Shown: positions 28,915 through 37,037 of the stretch, piece by piece
How the letters are laid out: each line of letters begins with the position of its first letter
Position numbering within the stretch: position 1 is the stretch's first letter
Assembly (NCBI GenBank): GCA_965205405.1
Contig: OZ242169.1
Span: 2,381,826-2,445,825 of the forward strand
Direction of reading: 5' to 3'
Source of the DNA: Gammaproteobacteria bacterium
GTDB taxonomy: Bacteria; Pseudomonadota; Gammaproteobacteria; Eutrophobiales; Eutrophobiaceae
Length of the DNA stretch: 64,000 nucleotides
Position numbers and translations under genes: made by a program
The notes under the pieces: model-generated
Told to the model about the DNA's origin: nothing
The model's database searches: none
The model's input: the letters and a program-made list of their open reading frames with translations, nothing else

Positions 28915-30081
28915 TCAGCCTCCCAGGGGTCGGAGCAGGTCTCGCGCGATAATATGGCGCTGGATTTCGCTGGTGCCGTCCCAGATCCGCTCAACCCTGG
29001 CATCGCGCCAGAAGCGTTCTATGGGCAGGTCATCCATCAGGCCCATCCCACCGAATATCTGTATCGCCTCGTCGGTCACCCGGGCCAGCATTTCCGAGGC
29101 GTAGAGTTTGGCCTGTGCGATCTGGCGGCCGGCGTCGAGTTCCTTGTCAAGACGCCAGGCCGCGGCCAGCGTCAGCCAGTCCGCCGCGTCGATCCAGGTA
29201 GCCATATCGGCGAGCTTGAAGGAAACGCCCTGAAACTTGCCGATGGGCTGACCGAACTGGCGGCGGTTGGCGGCCCAGTCCACACAGAGATCAAAGCAAC
29301 GCCGCGCCCGACCCACGCACATGGCGGCGACGGTGAGGCGCGTGGCGGCGAGCCAGGTATTAGCCAGGTCAAAGCCGCCGCCTTCCTCGCCGAGCAGCTG
29401 GGAAACCGGCACGCGGCAGTCGTCGAAAGTCAGAATGCTATTGTGGTAACCGCGGTGGGAGATGGAGTTATAGCCCGGACGTATCTCGAAACCCGGGGTG
29501 CCCCGGTCAACCAGGAAACAGGTGATGCGTTTCTTTGGTCCTTCCGGTTTTACGTCCTCTCCCGTTGCCACAAACGTAATGACAAAATCGGCGACATCCG
29601 CGTGGCTGATGAAATGCTTTGTGCCATTAATGACATAATCGCTCCCATCACGCCGGGCAAAGGTTTTCATTGCGCGAATATCTGAGCCGGCATCGGGCTC
29701 GCTCATGGCCAGTGCGTCAATCTTTTCGCCGCGCACACATGGAAGTAAATACCGCTCGCGCTGTTCGTCAGTGCCGGAACAGAGAATATTGGAGGGCCTG
29801 CCCCAGAACACCGACAGCGCCATGGAGGCGCGACCAAGTTCGCGCTCAAGCAGAGTGAAAGTCAGGAAATCCAGGCCGCCGCCACCGAATTCCTCCGGGA
29901 TATTGGGGGCGTAGAAGCCGAGTTCAAGAACCTTGTTCTGTATCTCGCGGCCTAGTGTCCCTGGCACCAGTCCGGTCCGGTCAATTTCGCCCTCAAGAGG
30001 ATAAAACTCCTTCTCGACAAAGCTCCGCACGGTGTCCACCACCAGCTGCTGTTCATGAGTCAATCCGAATTCCATCGCCAC
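28915..30081 (-). CDS. Acyl-CoA dehydrogenase (CaiA-like position)
   Basis: 388 aa acyl-CoA dehydrogenase fold (...SEPDAGSD..., ...IFGGMG...). Only 3 nt separate it from the caiD-like gene. Confidence 0.8.
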   Translation of the reverse strand: MAMEFGLTHEQQLVVDTVRSFVEKEFYPLEGEIDRTGLVPGTLGREIQNKVLELGFYAPNIPEEFGGGGLDFLTFTLLERELGRASMALSVFWGRPSNILCSGTDEQRERYLLPCVRGEKIDALAMSEPDAGSDIRAMKTFARRDGSDYVINGTKHFISHADVADFVITFVATGEDVKPEGPKKRITCFLVDRGTPGFEIRPGYNSISHRGYHNSILTFDDCRVPVSQLLGEEGGGFDLANTWLAATRLTVAAMCVGRARRCFDLCVDWAANRRQFGQPIGKFQGVSFKLADMATWIDAADWLTLAAAWRLDKELDAGRQIAQAKLYASEMLARVTDEAIQIFGGMGLMDDLPIERFWRDARVERIWDGTSEIQRHIIARDLLRPLGG

Positions 30082-30151
30082 CTCATAGATTTATTTCAGA
30101 ATTATAGCCGTCTTGTGCAGAACGAAAAATACGAACATTTCGCGTCATACT

Positions 30152-30922
30152 TCATTCAGCATAGTCGTCACCTTCAAGGTCCAGGATCGTCTTCAGATCG
30201 CTGAAGTGACGTTGTGCCTGATCGGGATAATTCTCCAGTTCCTTGGCGGTTTTCTCGGCGGTTTCCGGCGGGATAATGCGTAACTCGCGTCCGGTTTGCA
30301 GCGCCTTGATGTAAGTTTCGGCTGCCCGCTCGAAGTAATAAAGGCGGTTGAATGTATCGGCAACGCTGTCCCCGATTACCAGGATACCGTGGTTGCCCAT
30401 GATCATGACCTTTTGCTTCGGGTTGTTGAGCAGTTCGGCACAGCGTTTCCCTTCCTCTTCAAAGGCCAACCCGCCGAAATCCTCGTCAACCACGTAGCGG
30501 TTGTAGAAAGTCGCGGTGTTCTGGTCAATGGGAGGCAAAGCGCTGTCGGCTAGACAGCTCAGCACGGTCCCGTAAATTGAATGTATGTGCATAATGCAGC
30601 GTGCGTGGGGACAATGGCGATGGATTGGCCCGTGCAAGCCCCAGGCAGTCGGGTCCGGGGCATCCCGCCGGTCCAGGACGCCGGGATCATCTGCGTCCAG
30701 CAGTAACAGATCGCTCGCCTTGATAAGAGAAAAATGGCGCTGGTTGGGATTGATCAGGAAGCGCTTCCCGGCACTGTCTACCGCGAGGGAGAAATGATTG
30801 GCGACAGCCTCATGCATGTTCAACTTCGCCGCCCAGCGAAATGCCACGGCAAGATCGACCCGTTCTTCCCGGTAGAGCAGTTCCGGCAAGGCCTGTAATG
30901 TATCTCTACGGATGTTCATCAT
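30152..30922 (-). CDS. Class II aldolase/adducin family protein
   Basis: MMNIRRD...HIHSIYGTVLS...MGNHGILVIGDSV. Start moved to the internal MM because the longer ORF runs into the inverted repeat. Confidence 0.7.
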   Translation of the reverse strand: MMNIRRDTLQALPELLYREERVDLAVAFRWAAKLNMHEAVANHFSLAVDSAGKRFLINPNQRHFSLIKASDLLLLDADDPGVLDRRDAPDPTAWGLHGPIHRHCPHARCIMHIHSIYGTVLSCLADSALPPIDQNTATFYNRYVVDEDFGGLAFEEEGKRCAELLNNPKQKVMIMGNHGILVIGDSVADTFNRLYYFERAAETYIKALQTGRELRIIPPETAEKTAKELENYPDQAQRHFSDLKTILDLEGDDYAE

Positions 30923-30946
30923 TGCACCTTTCACATCGAAGTCACA

Positions 30947-31103
30947 ATATTTGATGTGCACCTTCCTTGGCACACACCCTGCGGGCGTCCTGCAGACGTC
31001 CAAATCCGCTCCTGGCGGATTTGTGGGGTCAGAGTAAAAATACTAAACTATTAATCGACACCATCTACCGGATTGTCTGTATTTTTACTCTGACCCCAAA
31101 TAT
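30947..31103. repeat. Extended repeat unit: 71-bp extension with 9-bp-stem hairpin CAAATCCGC-tcctg-GCGGATTTG, plus MITE copy 3 at 31018-31103
   Basis: About 94% identical to the reverse complement of 40002..40159. Confidence 0.8.
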
Positions 31104-31199
31104 TATTGTTACTGTTTGAGAGTATAATATAGAAGAATCTATGGCAACTGTTCGGGCTGATTTGAAAAACAAACGACGCGTCTTTATGCGCAGACGACA

Positions 31200-31376
31200 A
31201 TGTTAAATAATACCGGATTCGACACGCTCGAAATTGAATGTCCGTTGCACCAGGGGCGCTTCCATATCCCTACCGGCAAGGCAAAAGGCGCGCCGGTATG
31301 CATCGACCTGAAGACCTGCCCGACCAGGGTGGTTGACGGCGAGGTCTATATTCTAACCGGTGATCATCTCTCATAA
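31200..31376 (+). pseudogene. C-terminal half of a Rieske [2Fe-2S] ferredoxin-like domain (truncated remnant)
   Basis: LEIECPLHQGRFHIPTGKAKGAPVCIDLKTCPTRVVDGEVYI carries only the second CPxH box. No upstream CxH in any frame. The repeat element lies immediately 5'. Confidence 0.4.
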
Positions 31377-32037
31377 GCATCGCTTCATTTTCTTCGCCGT
31401 CCCCAGGACGGGGACCCACGCCGTTCGTCAGGCCCTCAGGCCGCACCTGGTTGAAGACGATTGGGAACAGCAGGCGCTATTCGGCGAACAGAGCATACCG
31501 GTTCCGGAGGTCGCCGCCATCGGGCATGGCCATGTTTCTTTTCAACAGATCAGTGCGTGCTTGCCGGCGCAGACCTTGTCTTCTTATTTCAAGTTCGGCT
31601 TTGTCAGGAATCCTTTTGACCGGTTTGTTTCCACCTGTTTTTTCCTGAATCGTCGCAACCACAGGTTTGCCGGAAATGAGGTCGAATTCATGCGCCGGGC
31701 CATCAGCAATGAACGGTTTCGACAGCGGGTCCTGGCAAGACCTCAATACCGGTTGCTAACGGATGAACATGATCGGCTTATGATGGACTACGTAGGTCGC
31801 TATGAAACCTTGCAAGAGTCATTCGATGAGATCTGTCGCCAAACCGGCCTTACCCCATCGATATTGAGCCGGAAGAATGAGTCTCAGCACCAGCGTTACG
31901 AATGTTATTATGACGCTTCCCTTAAAGAATCGGTTGTGGAATATTACCGAAAGGATTTCCAGTTATTCGGTTATGATGCAGGAAATATTGCCGCTGATCC
32001 GTTAACAAGCCAGGAGGATACGCCGGACACGCCATGA
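31360..32037 (+). CDS. PAPS-dependent sulfotransferase family protein
   Basis: GTG start. 5'-PSB-like loop FAVPRTGTHA. 3'-PB-like RNPFDRFVS. 225 aa. Confidence 0.7.
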   Translation: MIISHKHRFIFFAVPRTGTHAVRQALRPHLVEDDWEQQALFGEQSIPVPEVAAIGHGHVSFQQISACLPAQTLSSYFKFGFVRNPFDRFVSTCFFLNRRNHRFAGNEVEFMRRAISNERFRQRVLARPQYRLLTDEHDRLMMDYVGRYETLQESFDEICRQTGLTPSILSRKNESQHQRYECYYDASLKESVVEYYRKDFQLFGYDAGNIAADPLTSQEDTPDTP

Positions 32038-33029
32038 AACTCGCCAGACCCTTCATCCGCCTTCCGCTGGCCTTTGACGCCGCACGCCTGGCACAGGAAG
32101 ACGCGCAACTGGAACAGGTTGCCTGGAGGCCGCATCCGTTGGGATTAAAGGGTAATTCGGCTGTTGCGCTCATTTCCAGGGCTGGTGAGGACAACGATGA
32201 ATTCGGGGGACGCATGGCGGCCACCCCCCACCTTGATCATTGTCCTTACCACCAGCAGGTCATGGCGAGTTTCGGCGAGGTCCTGGCGCGCTCCCGCCTG
32301 ATGAAACTGGATGCGGGCTGCGAAGTGCAGTACCACGTCGATTTCAATTACCACTGGTATACCCGGGTACGCATACACATACCGATCAGTACGAACCCTG
32401 GGGTCGTATTTTATTGCGGCGCTGAAAAAGTCCACATGCGGGCGGGCGAATGCTGGATATTCGATAACTGGCGCCGGCATAATGTGATCAACGCCAGCGC
32501 GCAGGGTCGGATACACCTGGTGATAGACCTGGCGGGTTCATCACGTTTCTGGAGGATGGTAAGCCAGGCGCTGCAAGCCGATCCCGCCGGGGACGGAGCA
32601 GGCGCCGGCAGGCAGGTTAAATTCGTGCCGTACGAGCCGGACAAGCAGGTGAACATCCTTACCGAGAATTACAATATTTCACCGGTCATGGCGCCGGGGG
32701 AAATCGATGCACTGGTGACTGATCTGGTCCGTGAATTCGAGGATCATCCCGCTAACGACCCGGTCCTGGTGGAGCGTTACAAACAGTCATTGACGGACTT
32801 TGCCAGCGACTGGCGTGAAGCCTGGCACTGCTACGGCATAGGCAAACAGGGATTGCCCCATTACCGGGGCCTGATAGACCGGGTAAAAAGTGAATTACAC
32901 CCGGACCGGCGCGCCCTGCTCATCTCGTCTAACGATATCGGTGTGAACCCTGTTATCGTTCAACGTATACTGCGCGCGGCCCTGGCGGTCGACGTCTATG
33001 ATCAATTTGTTGAGGGTGTTGAGAACTGA
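32034..33029 (+). CDS. Aspartyl/asparaginyl beta-hydroxylase-like (cupin, non-heme Fe) oxygenase
   Basis: YHVDF...RVRIHIPISTNPGVVFYCGAEKVHMRAGECWIFDNWRRHNVIN...RIHLVIDL matches the core of the Asp/Asn beta-hydroxylase family. ATGA start/stop overlap with the sulfotransferase. Confidence 0.6.
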   Translation: MKLARPFIRLPLAFDAARLAQEDAQLEQVAWRPHPLGLKGNSAVALISRAGEDNDEFGGRMAATPHLDHCPYHQQVMASFGEVLARSRLMKLDAGCEVQYHVDFNYHWYTRVRIHIPISTNPGVVFYCGAEKVHMRAGECWIFDNWRRHNVINASAQGRIHLVIDLAGSSRFWRMVSQALQADPAGDGAGAGRQVKFVPYEPDKQVNILTENYNISPVMAPGEIDALVTDLVREFEDHPANDPVLVERYKQSLTDFASDWREAWHCYGIGKQGLPHYRGLIDRVKSELHPDRRALLISSNDIGVNPVIVQRILRAALAVDVYDQFVEGVEN

Positions 33030-33043
33030 ATTAGGTAACGGCC

Positions 33044-33598
33044 ATGAGTAAAGTGAATTTCACCGCTATGGATCACGGTACCCGTGAGGACTACGACCTG
33101 GTTTTTGCCCATGATGTTAAGAATGGGTCACACCAGGCAGAGCAGGTAATCGGCTGGTTGCGCGCCATGGACGGGGATTCTCCCTACCATGTCAGCCGCC
33201 TTGAACACTGTCTGCAGACTGCCACACGAGCGGAACAGGATGGCGCCGATGAAGAAACTGTCGTGTGTGCCCTGTTGCATGACATCGGCGACGTGCTCGG
33301 CCCCCACAACCACTCACAACTCGCTGCGGCCCTGTTGCGGCCCTACGTCGGTGAAAAAAATTACTGGGTCGTCAAATACCACGGACTGTTCCAGGGCTAT
33401 TACTGGATGGAGCATTTCAACCAGGATAAAAATGCCCGGGTCCGCTATAAAGACCATCCCTACTACCAGGACTGCGTCGATTTCTGTGCTAACTGGGACC
33501 AGTGTTCATTCGATCCCGCCTACCCGTCGAAACCACTTGAACATTTTATCCCCATGGTCGAACGGTTGTTTGCGCTCAAGCCGCTAACTTTCGTCTGA
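33044..33598 (+). CDS. HD-domain protein, PhnZ/MIOX-like (possible di-iron oxygenase)
   Basis: LEHCLQTATRAEQDGADEETVVCALLHDIGD...H.H...YH...D parallels the PhnZ/TmpB HD-oxygenase layout. 184 aa. Confidence 0.55.
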   Translation: MSKVNFTAMDHGTREDYDLVFAHDVKNGSHQAEQVIGWLRAMDGDSPYHVSRLEHCLQTATRAEQDGADEETVVCALLHDIGDVLGPHNHSQLAAALLRPYVGEKNYWVVKYHGLFQGYYWMEHFNQDKNARVRYKDHPYYQDCVDFCANWDQCSFDPAYPSKPLEHFIPMVERLFALKPLTFV

Positions 33599-33618
33599 AT
33601 TTAAGGCCCCCGGTCGCT

Positions 33619-33638
33619 ATTCCTGCGAAAGCAGGAAT
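33619..33638. terminator. Bidirectional hairpin ATTCCTGC-GAAA-GCAGGAAT between convergent genes
   Basis: Perfect 8-bp stem with a GAAA tetraloop. Confidence 0.4.
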
Positions 33639-33643
33639 CCAGG

Positions 33644-34480
33644 TTAATAGTCGAAATAGCTTATCCATGGTTCCAGGATGGGCAATACCGACTGCATGTC
33701 ACGCTGATAACGCCGCCAGCGATCCGTAGCTTCCGAATAAAGGGGTTGGGTCACCTGGTTGTAGCTTGCGGTACCGATGTAAGACCTGTCCCGAGCGGTT
33801 CGCTCGTGCTCCAACAGACCGGGATGCCATGATGTCCCAAGAAGGTCCAGTATTGGGCGGCAGGTCGCTTCGACGTCTGTGATCAGGTCTTCGTACCTGA
33901 TCTGGATCATGTTCAGTTCCAGGAGGTCAGTGTATTGCCGCCACAGACCGAATACCTGGTCATACAGGTGGGCGCTGTCTTCCAGGGTGAAAAAACTGGC
34001 ATTTGCCGAGGTTTCGTAGAAGGTCTGCATGAAGCAACTCAGTACGCAATCGGCGGGGTGGCGCAACAGGAGGATGAACCTGGCCTGCGGAAACAGGCGA
34101 ACTATTTCACCCGCATAAATGATGTTGAGGGCAAATCGGTCAACCAGTACGGCGTTGCCGTCATCCGGGTTGGCATGACGCGCCAGTCCGTCCAGATAGA
34201 TCTTCCTGAAACCTTCAACTTCGCTGTCCGAATGATTTGCCAGGTTCTCCAGGCGTTCGTCCGATTGTCCCGAAAGTTAATTGACCATCCGGGCCACGGC
34301 GACTGCCGGCCGCTTCCTTGAGTTGTCCGCTGCGGAGAAAGGCGATCCCCAGACTGTTATGGATATTGGTGAAATCCGGTTAGATGGACAGCGCCGCCTG
34401 GTAGCTGCGGATTGCAGCGTCAAACCTGGCGCCCTGGATCAGCTTATTTGCGTGGGTAAGTTTTTCAGTATTGCCGGATT
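33644..34480 (-). pseudogene. Degraded TPR-sulfotransferase paralog
   Basis: Reverse-strand reading gives the sulfotransferase C-terminus (RHPADCVLSCF...). Upstream there is no start codon. An in-frame TAA lies near 34277-34279. Beyond it sit TPR-like repeats: AIRSYQAALSI*PDFTNIHNSLGIAFLRSGQLKEA. Confidence 0.55.
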
Positions 34481-34489
34481 GCTCCGGAT

Positions 34490-34717
34490 TCACAGCAACT
34501 TGACCAGCGCGGCTACCACACCAATTGCGACTACTATCATGGAACCGAGGTGCAACCTAAGTCGTAGCTCCAGTTCTTTCAAATCCTCTTTCGTCGCCAG
34601 CTTTTCCTCAATCAACGTTGTCTGTGACCGCGCCAATATCTCGGCCTGCTCTTCCGGCATACCGACCCGGGTCAGTTCTTTTACGAAAGCATGGGTATCA
34701 AACATGATTGCCGCCAT
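34490..34717 (-). CDS. DUF1640-like small coiled-coil protein with C-terminal membrane anchor
   Basis: MAAIMFDTHAFVKELTRVGMPEEQAE...LATKEDLKELELRL...VAALVKLL. Length 75 aa. Confidence 0.5.
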   Translation of the reverse strand: MAAIMFDTHAFVKELTRVGMPEEQAEILARSQTTLIEEKLATKEDLKELELRLRLHLGSMIVVAIGVVAALVKLL

Positions 34718-34931
34718 GAGAATTCCTCCCTGGATTCCAGATAATTCGAGTTGGTTTAATGGGTGAAGCGACTATAGCATAAAAAGGCCGGTACAACATC
34801 AACCGCGCCGGCCTTTTTCGCTCCCCTCTGACTGAGTTAGTTATTGTCGTAGGAAAAACGGATGCCGAAGATGCGTGGCTGGTTGGTCACTGCCAAAGTC
34901 GGGATAATTATCGCTGGAATTGGTATAAGGT

Positions 34932-36935
34932 TTATATGGGATACCGCTCCAGTATTTCCGCCCCCTGTGCTTCTTTCAGGGGGGCCAGCCAGGGCTCAAA
35001 GTTGCGCCATTGTTCCAGTCCGGTCTTGTAGATGGGCTGCCGGACCTGTTCGGAACTGGGGGTACGGATACTACGTTCAGTCTGGTGGTAGTCCACACAG
35101 GCCTGCTCGAACGGCAGGTCACAAAAATCAAGAATCCTGTGTACCTGTTCCTCCAGGTTATTCACTACGTCCTCGTGCTGAACGCGTAGAACGAAGCCGG
35201 GCAATACCCGGTCCCAATGATCCATGAGATTTACGTATTGCCGGTAATAATTACCTATTTCTTTCAGGCCGTACGAAAACTCCTGCCCCTCGCCAAACAA
35301 CTGTTTGAAGCCACTGAAACAGCAGGCCATGGGGTGACGACGAGCATCAATAATCCTGGCATTTGGCAGGATGAGTTTTATCAGCCCGATATGGAAAAAA
35401 TTGTTTGGCATCTTGTCGGTGAAAAACGGGGCGGCGCCCCGGTAGGCGCGGGTATCCTGAATGAATTGCTCACCAAATCTCCGAAAATAATCATCATCAA
35501 GCTCCGTCAGAATTTTCGGATATCTGGGTATCCCGTCCTGATTACTGTCCCTGCCGCGCAGCCGTTTTGCCAGGTTCAGGATATTGTGCAGTTCCATGGT
35601 GCCATCAACCTGGGAATGCGACGACAGTATCTGTTCAAGCAGGGTTGACCCCGCTCGTGGCAGCCCGACAATAAAAATGGGATCGGGCACTTCCAGTCCC
35701 ACCCCTTGTTTAGCGGAAAATAATTCCTCGGTACACACCGTTATCTGGCTGTCGATCCTTATCTGTAATTGCCCGGGGCTATGATGGGTTTTCGATTGTT
35801 TCAGGGTGTTGCCTTTATCATAATAGTCAAACGACTGTCCATATTCCCGTCTGTCTTCATAGGCATTGCCCAAGGCAAAACACAGTTGAATGCGGTCATT
35901 CTCGCTGGTCGCCGAGTCCGCCTCCATTGCCGTCATTTGCGCCAATTCGTCTTCGGTGAACACATAGGATTTTGTGTTCGCCAGACTCCAGTAGGCATCT
36001 CCATGATCCCGCCTGATCCCGTATGCTTTGCGGTAAAGTTCTACGGCCTTGTCGATATCGCCGTCTGTTTTGTGTACATGGGCCAGGGAAACCGGGAAAA
36101 AATGATTTTCAGGATGCGCTTCCATCAACTTCTCATAGCTTTTGATTGCGGTCTCATTTTTGCCGACCCCGGTGCAGGCGTTGGCGTAAAGCGACAACAC
36201 GCGGTCACGGTCGTCGGGGTAACGTTGTAACAGTAATTCGGCCTGTTCCAGGGCTTTGCTGAACTTCTGTGTCTTGAGCAGCAGGTTGGCGTACTGCATG
36301 CGCGCGTTGACATGTTCGGGGTGGAATTCGACGCAACTCTCCAACAGAAATTCGGCATCCTTGTAAACCTTGTTCCGGGTTGCAATTTCGGCAAGCAGCC
36401 TCATGCCCTCCGCGTGGGTTTTATTGGAACGCAGAAAGTGGTTGCATAAGCGCTCCGCGTCGATCAGCTTATCATCCGACAGGTAGCTGATTACCCCCAA
36501 CAGCTCGACCGGCAGTTCGCTGAGAAACTCGACCTGTTCCTGTGCGGCAGCCAGCTTCTCCCGATTGCCTGTGTCCCGATACAGTTTGACCAGACATTTC
36601 CAGCTATTTATCAACGAGGGGTCTGCAGTAATAGCCTTTTCAAAAGCGGCGCCGGCGCGGGTATATTGTTTTAAAGCGATGTGGTTGTAACCAACCTCCT
36701 GGTAGGCCCGGCCAAAATGGGGTTGATATCGGAGGATTTTTGACAAGGTGGAAATTGCCGTCATCCACCGGTGTTGATGGCGCTGAGCTACGGCCAAGGC
36801 ATACTGCGCCTCAATATTGTCCGGTTCGGCGTCCAGCAACGCCTGCATCATTTGCTCGGCCCGGTGAGGCTCGTTTTTGCTTAGCTGATACTGGGCTTCC
36901 TGTATTCTGGCCTGCGTGTCAGTCATGTTATACAC
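34932..36935 (-). CDS. TPR-repeat sulfotransferase
   Basis: About 380 aa of TPR repeats at the N-terminus. C-terminal sulfotransferase with GLPRAGSTLLEQIL and RHPMACCFS motifs. 667 aa. Confidence 0.8.
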   Translation of the reverse strand: MYNMTDTQARIQEAQYQLSKNEPHRAEQMMQALLDAEPDNIEAQYALAVAQRHQHRWMTAISTLSKILRYQPHFGRAYQEVGYNHIALKQYTRAGAAFEKAITADPSLINSWKCLVKLYRDTGNREKLAAAQEQVEFLSELPVELLGVISYLSDDKLIDAERLCNHFLRSNKTHAEGMRLLAEIATRNKVYKDAEFLLESCVEFHPEHVNARMQYANLLLKTQKFSKALEQAELLLQRYPDDRDRVLSLYANACTGVGKNETAIKSYEKLMEAHPENHFFPVSLAHVHKTDGDIDKAVELYRKAYGIRRDHGDAYWSLANTKSYVFTEDELAQMTAMEADSATSENDRIQLCFALGNAYEDRREYGQSFDYYDKGNTLKQSKTHHSPGQLQIRIDSQITVCTEELFSAKQGVGLEVPDPIFIVGLPRAGSTLLEQILSSHSQVDGTMELHNILNLAKRLRGRDSNQDGIPRYPKILTELDDDYFRRFGEQFIQDTRAYRGAAPFFTDKMPNNFFHIGLIKLILPNARIIDARRHPMACCFSGFKQLFGEGQEFSYGLKEIGNYYRQYVNLMDHWDRVLPGFVLRVQHEDVVNNLEEQVHRILDFCDLPFEQACVDYHQTERSIRTPSSEQVRQPIYKTGLEQWRNFEPWLAPLKEAQGAEILERYPI

Positions 36936-36967
36936 CGTCCAGCGCCGTCCGCGGCGCTCCTGAGGGA

Positions 36968-36995
36968 AATGAAAAAGGGCGAACCGAAGTCCGCC
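36968..36995 (-). terminator. Intrinsic terminator after the TonB-dependent receptor
   Basis: Reverse complement AAGGGCGGACTTCGGTTCGCCCTT followed by TTTTCATTT. Confidence 0.5.
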
Positions 36996-37037
36996 CTTGC
37001 TATTTTACTATAGTGGATTATTCAGGTAAGGACTGAG

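Noticed and set aside
30923-31003. Longer start (MDVCRTPAG...) for the class II aldolase-like gene
   Set aside because: The extra 27 codons are encoded by the inverted-repeat extension, which occurs in reverse orientation non-coding at 40088-40159.
31141-31206. 21-aa mini-ORF MATVRADLKNKRRVFMRRRQC as a leader peptide
   Set aside because: There is no downstream attenuator structure or regulated biosynthetic gene. It sits between a repeat and a gene remnant, so it is likely fortuitous.
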